From positions 15,934,001-15,998,000 of the forward strand of contig NC_043008.1 in the NCBI RefSeq assembly GCF_006345805.1: a stretch of DNA of 64,000 bases, given 5' to 3'. Origin of the DNA: Octopus sinensis. Taxonomy: Eukaryota. A model generated the notes under the pieces. It was not told the origin of the DNA. It made no database searches and worked only from the letters and a program-made list of their open reading frames with translations. Within the stretch, counting starts at the first letter, position 1; each line of letters starts with the position of its first letter. The translations under genes were made by a program, and so were the position numbers. Shown in pieces: positions 54,053 through 64,000 of this stretch.

Positions 54053-54186
54053 ATGAAAGAATGGAGTTGAACGACGAATTAACAACATTCCTGTATTTTA
54101 TTTTCGACATATGCAGCCTTCGAAACATATGTCGAAAATAAAATAAAGGAATTTTGTTAATTCGTCGTTCAACTCCATTCTTTCAT
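54053..54186. repeat. Near-perfect hairpin with 61-bp arms and a 12-nt loop
   Basis: 54053-54113 is the reverse complement of 54126-54186 with two mismatches. The loop is cagccttcgaaa. Confidence 0.95.
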
Positions 54187-54207
54187 ATAATAGGATATAT
54201 ATATATT

Positions 54208-54252
<45 letters not shown>

Positions 54253-54274
54253 TGTTTTTGTGTGTGTATGCACA

Positions 54275-54440
54275 CGACAGGCTTCTTTCAGTTTCCGTTT
54301 ACCAAATGTACTCACAAACTCACAAAGCTTTGATCGGCTCGAGGCTATGGTAGGAGACACCTGCCCAATTTGCCATACTGTGGAATTGAACCCGGAACCA
54401 CGTGATCGGAAAGCAATCTTGTTACCACACAGCCACGCCA
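54275..54440 (-). mobile_element. 5' half of SINE family A (diverged)
   Basis: cgacaggcttctttcagtttccgt...ttaccacacagccacgcc. Confidence 0.8.
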
Positions 54441-54992
54441 GCGTCTATACATACACAAACACACACATACACACACACAAACACACACATGCACAGACAC
54501 ATATATGTGTTTTGCGTGTGTGTGTTTGTATGAATGCATATACATTATAGAATACTTTGCATACTAATTGTATAGTAATTCATCGTTCCAACTTAACTGC
54601 ATATGAGCTTAGCTATGGAAAGATATGGAAAAATTAAATAGAACTTTGAAGCTGAAGGCAGTGAAATCGTATCCATGTCAGTTAAATATGTCTTTCTACC
54701 TATAAGACAAAAAAGAAAACCCCTATTAGCTGAAAAGATAAAAAATGTACATACAAAAATAACTTTCTATACGAAAGACTCGAAGCAACATGTTTCTAAT
54801 TCTTTTTTTTCCTTGTCAGCTTTTATGCCTATCGCTTTTGTTATATAGGTTTATGTAAGTTATACTGTATGTCAACGTAAATTAAAGAATATGTATACCA
54901 ATCTGAAAACTTGTCATTATATATTTCTCATATACTACATACGTAGAATAAAATTATTCTGCATATATATATACTCACACACACACACACAC

Positions 54993-55033
<41 letters not shown>

Positions 55034-55051
55034 TATATACATATGTATATA

Positions 55052-55610
55052 TACCACCGAATAGTCACAAATCTATTACTGACAAGTCAGGAAAAAAACA
55101 TCAGTGAACAATAATAATGCCTTACCTCAAATGGGTCAGAACAAGTAATTGCTGGTCAACTTGGTACCGGTTTCGAAATTTAACGCCAGATAGGCGCGTG
55201 ATTTCTCATCAGCCAAAGTCCACCAGCTAAATAACTACTAACCTTCTCATCATTCCTGCGAAAGTTCGTTTGAAGTGACCAAGCATCGTACGAACAAACG
55301 AAATGCGTAAAATTATGTACATATATACACAAGGGTAGTACATGAGTACCTATATCTATATATAGGTACATGAGTACTTATATACCCAATGATAGGAGTA
55401 AAAAATACTTCTGTACCACCGAAAAGTCACACATCTATTACAGACAAGATAGGAAAAAATATCAGTGAACAATGATAATGTCTTACCTCAGATGGGTCAG
55501 CATTTACTAGTTCTGACCCATTTGAGGTAAGACTTTATTATTGTTCACTGATATTTTTTCCCATCTTGTCTTTGTGACTATTCGGTGGTACAGAAGTAAT
55601 TTTTGACTTC
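55052..55610. mobile_element. Non-coding hammerhead-bearing repeat complex with direct and inverted copies of a roughly 100-bp tail
   Basis: taccaccgaa.agtcac...ttacctca.atgggtcag occurs at 55052-55139 and 55414-55500, and inverted at 55513-55589. The inverted pair extends to about 55397 and 55608. Confidence 0.85.
55161..55216 (-). ncRNA. Minimal type I hammerhead ribozyme with canonical core (PLE type)
   Basis: Minus strand: ttgg CTGATGA gaaat [21 nt including cgcc/ggcg] atttc GAAA ccgg TA ccaa. 1-bp helix III with palindromic ACCGGT. Confidence 0.88.
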
Positions 55611-56437
55611 TTTGATCAGCGATATATATATATATACAAAAATGAGATATATTTCAGAATTTACCAACCAATTATAGAGGAATAACTGACCTTTCTGACT
55701 TGTGTGTAGCTAAGAAATGTTTGCTATCTCAAGGGACAGTGTGAGAGGTTGGTTGGGGGAGTGTGCAGAGCAATGTGTAACTACAACTCAACATACGTTA
55801 ACATACACCCCACGAGGTACATACCCAAACAAACACACAGAGAAACACATACAGATGTAGATAATCACACACACACACACATACATATACACACACACGC
55901 ATAAACACAATATCCCCACACTAGAGCACAGACCCACACATATTCCAAGAAAAACACATATATATACACTTGCAATACGATTCTAGCAACCATAACCAAC
56001 ACTCGCGCGCACATACACACATGCGTAAACACGTACATGCACACACCTACACACGCCAGCCTGACAACCATAAATCACATTCACACAAACACACTTCTTA
56101 GAAAATTACTATTTTGCTATTCAAATATTAATTTACGCTGGCTAAGCTATATAAAACGTTAGAGAAACAAACCAAGCTGTATTGTTTTCTTTTGCAATAT
56201 ATACCAATACAAACATTGAATGCAAAATTACATTAGGCACCATTAATATATTATTGAGGATCCCCAGGTCGTTATTTTGTTGCGTAGACCTCCGATAATC
56301 ATTTAAGGCCTCCAGTGGCCGTATGAACCTCTGATGTGCCATAAATACACTTCGAATTCCCTACAGCACATCATGTGATAATACCTTGAAATTTGCAATA
56401 GCCTGTTAATATAACAAATAAATATTTAGTATATTTA

Positions 56438-56845
56438 GGCGCAGGTGTGTCTGTGTGGTAAGTAGCTTGTTTACCAACCACATGGTTCCGGGTTCAGTCC
56501 CACTGCGTGGCATCTTGGGCAAGTGTCTTCTGCTATAGCCCCGGGCCGACCAATGCCTTGTGAGTGGATTTGGTAGACGGAAACTGAAAGAAGCCTGTCG
56601 TATATATGTATATATATATATATATGTGTTTGTGTGTCTGTGTTTGTCCCCCTAGCATTGCTTGACAACCGATGCTGGTGTGTTTATGTCCCCGATACTT
56701 AGCGGTTCGCCAAAAGAGACCGATGAATAAGTACTGGGCTTACAAAGAATAAATCTCGGGGTCGATTTGCTCGACTAAAGGCGGCGCTCCAGCATGGCCG
56801 CAGTCAAATGACTGAAATAAGTAAAAGAGTAAAAGAGTAAAGAGT
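56438..56845 (+). mobile_element. Full-length SINE family A
   Basis: Close match to 22105-22512, with a (taaaagag)n tail. Confidence 0.9.
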
Positions 56846-57535
56846 ATATTATTTATAGGCGGAGGCGCGTGGCTTCATGGTTAGGGTGTCGGCTTAAACA
56901 CATCCGACGAAGGCTAGATTCGATATCTGGATTCACTCACAATTATTCCTGTTATAAATGTCCCCATATAGCGTTTGTGCCACTTCCATCGACAACTAGC
57001 TCCTCATAATATTCGTGTTATATTTCTGAATTATAATACTGTAACAGAAAGAAAACCAAAATCAGAAGTCAAGAATGATTTATCACATTATTCACTCTCA
57101 AAAAAATAAACGGGATTAATAATTGATTATCACATAAAGATTGTTCAGCGTTTGACGAGTCACAATAGCCGTGCGGTCTATGAAATAGTGCTAGACGTAA
57201 AAATCCTGGGCTAGATTTTGCGTCCATTAATCGTCTTCAACAGACTCACCTGCACGCATGACTCAGACAAAACGATTTATACATCATTTTAAACAAACAT
57301 ATTCTTACCCAATAATGCACGCAGATGTCAGCGAATTTTGATTAATGTAGAAGCTAAGATGAATATAACGTTAGCATGGGAATACTATAAAGAACGAGAA
57401 GAGATATGCTTTTGACAGGAAGGCAATATTCATATATTTTTTTTTCAATATATGTATTTTTTATTATCATTACAATTATTCATATCGCTAATAGAAGTAC
57501 TTGTATCATCATCATCGTCGTCATCATCATCATCG

Positions 57536-57573
<38 letters not shown>

Positions 57574-57845
57574 GTTATCATCATCATCGTCATCATCATC
57601 ATCCTCATCATCATCATCATCATCACCACCATCATCATCAGCTATAAATGTGATGGTGGTAGCAGCAACAGTAGTAGTAAGAGCAGCGGGAGCATTATTT
57701 TTGAGAAATTATTTACAAAGAATTATTCTGCATACATATGGTGCTAGTTGGTTTTTGAAATAGCAGAAATTTATGTAAATATGTGATAACAATAAACAAG
57801 TCAGATACATATACACACATAGTGATTCACAGACAAAGGCAAAAC

Positions 57846-57877
<32 letters not shown>

Positions 57878-58232
57878 TAAGTAAAGAGGCGTTACAAAAT
57901 TCAGGCAGATATCAAAATATGGTGTGTGTGTGTGTGCGTATGTGCGCGTGTGTATATGAATTTATGCAACTATAAATGTATAAATACATTTATGTATGAG
58001 TAGACAAGCACACACAAAATTCAATCCAGGTATTATAATATTTATATTGAACAATCATGCCCCGTGAATATTTCAGTGAATTAATGATAAACCCATTGGG
58101 TTTTTTGCTTGAACACTTTATTCTAGAGACTGTGTCTGAATCAGAAGATAATCTCTCATCTACTATTCATTGAAAAGTGAAAGAAATTGGAATACGATGT
58201 TTACTTAACGCACTATATATATATATATCTAT

Positions 58233-58276
<44 letters not shown>

Positions 58277-58516
58277 TAGCTGAGTTAGAGGTTAAAATAA
58301 CCGTCTAAGGGATAGAATTATCCATTATTCTACACGTATATTGCCTATGTGTAACCAGGGACATACACATGCAATCATATTATGCCCATAAATACAAAGA
58401 TAACCATGCGTTAATCAAGAATCAAATTTAAAAAAAAACAGAAAATGGAAAAAATTTGATGAACAACAATTGACTTAGCTCAATTATTATTTATTAATTT
58501 GAAACAAATAGACTGC

Positions 58517-58639
58517 ATCCAATCTAACAGCTGTTTCTGTTTCCAATGTTGCGTGGTATTGCCAATGATGTGCTCAAATATTTATCATATTTGGTAATAA
58601 ACCGGATGTGAAAGATGGAGCTTCATCAGAGTGAAGGAT
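58517..58639 (-). ncRNA. Candidate hammerhead with a long stem II insertion (degenerate)
   Basis: Minus strand: atcc..ct CTGATGA [about 85 nt] GAAAC agct GTT ag..ggat, with an ACAGCTGT palindrome. It lies in a roughly 630-bp segment bounded by (TA)n. Confidence 0.45.
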
Positions 58640-58906
58640 AAATAAAAATAAAGGTCCTAGAGAAGGAAAAGTAAAAGATAAATATGGTTGTAATCATACC
58701 ATTTTGCGTTTGTATCTCCTTTGGACGTTAAGTAAATAACTAAACTTAAAATAATATTTAGTGGATTAATCCTTTGCACGGGGTGGGTACAAGACGTTTA
58801 AATAATTTTAAAAATGAAGCATAGATTAGCCGCACACTGACCACATTCAGAAATTGATGTAAGTTAATTTTTGTTCATAAAAAAATTCTCTATTTCTGTT
58901 TTCTTC

Positions 58907-58937
<31 letters not shown>

Positions 58938-58952
58938 ATATATATACATATA

Positions 58953-59141
58953 TCATTCACCATGATAGATCGCTAGCCACTAAGCGTTTTTCTATTTTCT
59001 CTCCCTGTTTATTTCTGTGTTCCTTCCTGTCGCAGAGCGTAGACTCGAAACGTAAACGATTTTCTCACTTTCGGAGCGTTACACTAATACATCTGTTTGT
59101 TGTTTACACACCCGTCTTTGTCCTTTTTTGTAAATTCTTAC

Positions 59142-59142
<1 letters not shown>
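58953..59142 (+). mobile_element. Solo PLE terminal repeat (same family as 10621-10830) between (TA)n tracts
   Basis: ctgtcgcagagcgtagactcgaaacgtaaa...gagcgttacactaataca aligns to the reverse complement of 10630-10830. Confidence 0.8.
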
Positions 59143-59221
<79 letters not shown>

Positions 59222-60848
59222 TTCATGCACAATTTTATAGACTTAATACACAGCATTCATAAAATAAATACTCATTCTTATTTTTCCATTTTCTCTATAA
59301 ACAGGAAAAATTTACAATTTCGAGAAAACAAGAATTTTATAGTAAAAAAAAGAATTTCATATGTAAAATATAGGGGTTACAGTTTGACGGGTATAAAAAT
59401 TTTATGTGACATAGTATATTCTGAAAACCAAATCACTGGTAACTTATAAACGAAGTTGATGGGTCAGAGCTAATATACATTTCAATTTGTAGGTGATATA
59501 AAAAACATATTTCAATTAAAAACAAATTACTTTTCACAATGCACTCACCGTTACCACCTCCACTAACATTTGTAAACACGTAATAACAATTACGTTCACC
59601 GAAGCCTTTTCTCTCTCCGTCTCTTCTTCTTATCTTATAAAACCGTTCCCAACGGCTAAGTAACATAATGACAAACGGAATTATCATAAGATTCTTTTCT
59701 GAAACGATGGTCACTGTGCGTGTGTATATGCATGTGCACTGAAGTTGTAAGACTATACGGGTGTCTTTTTGTGTGGCAGTGTACCATATAGATTCATCTG
59801 CATGCATGTGAAAACATTTATGTTCGGGAAATGTATAACGGTATATAGAGTGGACGGTGATATATATATATTTGTGTGTATAAAGATGCGTAATTACAAG
59901 TTGTTATTGTGTTTGAAGAGCAATTAAATATGACAATATATATTTAAACTGGTTATAGGTACAATATGAGTTAGCAGCAAGTAACTATAAATTCTGCATC
60001 TAATTATTTACGTAATTTAAATTACAGCGAGGGTGAATAGGCGAAAATTCGACATTATATTGTTTAACTAATTGCATAACACAAGATAGAAAATATATTA
60101 AGGAAAATAAAAGATATCAAATAAGACTTGTTATTAACGGATAACAGCAATGTACATATAGAAATAGTACTGCATATTATGAGTGGCTGTTTCTTACGTA
60201 GGAGTTATGGATAAAATAATATTTATAGAAATACGACATAAGCAGCATGAACGAAAATCATTTCAAGAAATTAGTGATTTGAAAATTTTTGGTATTTATA
60301 TTATTTTCATGTTTTTTAGATGTTTTCTAGAAGGAAAATGATAAATAAAATGTAGCCCACTGGAATTCTGAAAGAAATTGCTTGTGCTCGATATAGAAAT
60401 CGTCTACGAAAGTTGTAGAGAAAGGTTTTATAGTTAAACAGGGGTGTGAAGGGTAAAAATTTGAGATGATAAAATAAGCAGTTGCGAATCTGGTTTAATA
60501 TTACAAATGGCTCTAAAAATGATATACTAAATATTTATTTCTTGTATTAACAGATTGTTGAAAATTACAAAGGATGTAGGGAATTCGAAGTATCGGGAAA
60601 GAGTATTTTGCTCTCCGTTTTGTAAAATGCTTATGTTAATATTAGTAGGCTAATATTAAACATTAAATGCTCATGTAGACAAATTTAAGCATACGTATCC
60701 CGGACATAATCTACTCCATTCCTTAACTCTTGTGATCTTATTCGCATAACCGACAACCCTGGTTACTTACGCGAAATATAAAAATAACTTTTTTTCAGTT
60801 GAAGACACTTTGATACAAAAAAAAAACACAACCTTTCCTTCCAATAAA

Positions 60849-60891
<43 letters not shown>

Positions 60892-61956
60892 CCTATTACT
60901 TCAACAGGGTTTCCGTCTACCATATTCACTCACATGGCATTGGTAGCCTCGGGCCTATAGTTGAGGACAGTTGCATAGGGAATCTCACAGTGAGGTTGAA
61001 CCCGAAAACACGTTCCTAAATACACAGCGATGCGTTACCTCATCTTATGTACTTATTATATTACATATGATTTATTCGTGTCTCCTAAAATACAGTTGTT
61101 TTCTCATATATTTCACAACTTGGTCATTACAATGCTTTATATAATACTTACTTTTGTCATTTAACTCCATTTCGTGTGTACTTAATATAATGCTCGTCTC
61201 TCGGCAAGCCATGAGAATAGCTGAAAAGTTTTCTATCAAATGAAGACGATCACAAAGTATGTATATATCTCTTAGTTTCAAGCAATCTAAATGTGGACCT
61301 TCCCCCAACCCTACTGAGACCTGTATGGTAACACTTTTTAAAGAAAATATTGTCAAATCAGAAGTCAAGAATATTTGTCCTTGGAATATAGTCATACAAC
61401 ATCAAGAATTTTCGCATATCAATGGCTAGAAATATGAATCGATTACATGGTTATTGTTTTGACTGCTATAATCTTATTTTCAATATAATACAACACGCGT
61501 GTATCTAGTATTGCTTTTTAAACTTATCATTATATCATTTTCTTTCTCTGTTATAATATCATTAATGTAATGTTCTTTAAAATCTTTATATCAGGTAAAG
61601 TGCCTTCCAATCTGATTTTTAAAACGAAAATTTATTCAAGATTTTTTTGCCACATTTAAAGAAATTTAGAAATTACCTTCTTTCAAGATACACTAGTTTT
61701 CTTGCTTCTTCTCAAACCAGTACAGCAGTTAGATCTGTTTTATATTTAAATTTCTTAAAACAACATTTCCACATTTACAGCAATTCCAAAGATGAAAAGA
61801 TAGTTTTTTTGTAAGTAATACATATTTGAACTGATATAAAAAAGAAAGAGTACATATTAAACGCCAGTTCGCCATAAGCTGCAAATGTCTGTCGAATTGA
61901 GCTATTTTAGTTCTAAAGAACACATCTCATACACAAACGCACTTACAAATATACAC

Positions 61957-62326
61957 AAGTAGCTTGTCTACCAACCACATGGTTCTGGGTTCAGTCCCAC
62001 TGCGTGACACCTTGGGCAAGTGTCTTCTACTATAGCCTCGGGCCGACCAAACCCTTGTGAGTGGATTTGGTAGACGGAAACTGAAAGAAGCCCGACGTAT
62101 ATATGTATATATATATATGCGTGTGTGTGTTTGTGTGTCTCTGTTTGTCCCCTAGTGTTTATGTCCCCGTTACTTAGTGGTTCGGCAAAAGAGACCGATA
62201 GAATAAGTACTGGGCTTACAAAAAAACGAATAAGTCCCGGGTTCGTGTTGCTCGATTAAAGGCGGTGCTCCAGCATGGCCGCAGTCAAATGACTGAAACA
62301 AGTAAAAGATTAAAAGAGTAAAGAGT
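61957..62326 (+). mobile_element. SINE family A with 5' truncation and a small internal deletion
   Basis: Lacks cattgcttgacaaccgatgctggt relative to the other copies. Confidence 0.88.
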
Positions 62327-62687
62327 ATACATATATACATACATAATACATACATACATAGAATATCTATATAGAGGTTACTATCGCGCAAGGCCCTGGT
62401 TCGGGCCCAAAATTTCTAGTTATTTTACCAGGCTTAGAAAAAACTGAGAGGTATATATTGAATAAAATCATAATAAAGTGAATTTCGTTACTTTCGTTTA
62501 CCGAGAGCAAGGAACATATCACCACCCCTTCGTATACATGTGTCTTATTAAATATATATGTGTATGTATATATATGTTTGTCTGTCTGTCTATCTGTCTG
62601 TGTGTATTAATATATATGTATATATGTGTGTGTATGTGTATCTGCATATGTATATGTATATATGAGGTTTCTCTTATGAGGTTTTCT

Positions 62688-62736
<49 letters not shown>

Positions 62737-62970
62737 AGATATAGAGTGATAGATAGGTACATACATACATAATCAGATAGATAGGCAGATGCCTTGTGTA
62801 GTGTATGCGCATATTAACTGTATGAATGCAGGTCGATATTCGATCCTTTCTAGAAGTATATCTAAATGCAATTTGTGCGTTCATCACCTTTCAGTTTTCA
62901 CTGCAATTACGCTACACATATAACTGTAGTATAACAGCTGTTTATGCGGATATATGAACACACACACACA

Positions 62971-63022
<52 letters not shown>

Positions 63023-63405
63023 GTAAAAGTAAAACAAATTATACAAACTGGGACAAGAACATGAAACACCTAGAAGACGACACAAGAAACACAGGACGGG
63101 ACTTTCGAAGCCCTCAATCATCAGTCAAGAACCGGATCATCTTCGCAATTTCGGCTGATTAATCTTGAGATTGTTCCGATCTGGGCAGCCCCCAAGGGAA
63201 ATATAAGCCAAGCGCATTAGAACCCTTGGAAGAAAGCCTCGAATGTATACAGCACAAGGACGATATATACATATATATATGTTGTAACGGATACCTCCAA
63301 ATGAGAAGTGGGTTATTCCACTACTGATAAACAAGGAGTGTCAGTCGGCGAGGTACACCGTACGGGCCAGCCACGCAGACGACGAGGTTACATCGTCAGA
63401 ATGTA

Positions 63406-63446
<41 letters not shown>

Positions 63447-64000
63447 AATATCTGTGTGTGTGATTGCTTGTGCGTGTATCTGTGCATATATATATATCCA
63501 TAGATACACACGACTTCTTATTCCATAGTAGCATTGTGATTATGTTGCAAAACTGCTCGTAAAATTATACGACAATATTATGAAGTAAAGACATAAAAGA
63601 AAATATGAGAAGCGTTAGACAATATTAAATTTACAAAGAAAATTGAAAGATTTTCCATAACACCATTCTCCTTATGATTAAATGGCTTAACGTTGTTTAT
63701 TCATAGCTATGAAATATGCTGAGAAAATGAAAATGACAGAAAGATTATGTACGAATATAATCAATCATATTTACACCAAACTAATACAGAGGTGGAGTTT
63801 TTTTTTCGTATGTTTGTTTAAAATATATTATCAACATATATTAGAATTTTGTATGATACAGCGCAAAGAAATGCAATAGCTTGCTTCATAAGTAGCATAT
63901 GCTAGAGAGAAAACGTGGCCACCATGACAACGTATATCAGCTTCGTGTAAATAATAGGCGCTGTTGATGTTTTTCTTCTTTAGACCAGGTGAGTCTTGAT

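Overview
AT-rich eukaryotic non-coding DNA, densely packed with microsatellites and interspersed repeats. The SINE families and (TA)n/(TAA)n load resemble octopus genomes (inference). No host protein-coding exon can be supported, and nearly all ORFs in the track are microsatellite artefacts. Supported content: a 5'-truncated Penelope-like retroelement (PLE) with RT, Cys-rich linker and GIY-YIG endonuclease (10.6-13.3 kb, -); an R4/Dong-type LINE plus shorter relatives, all sitting in (TAA)n; several mariner/maT remnants, one with both TIRs; two non-autonomous Helitrons; a Gypsy gag remnant; and many copies of two to three tRNA-type SINE families. The most interesting signal is a set of short, mostly non-coding elements lodged in (TA)n tracts that carry PLE-type minimal hammerhead ribozyme (HHR) motifs. 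One has a canonical core (55161-55216) and others have variant cores. At three loci the segment downstream of the hammerhead motif is duplicated as a fold-back inverted repeat.
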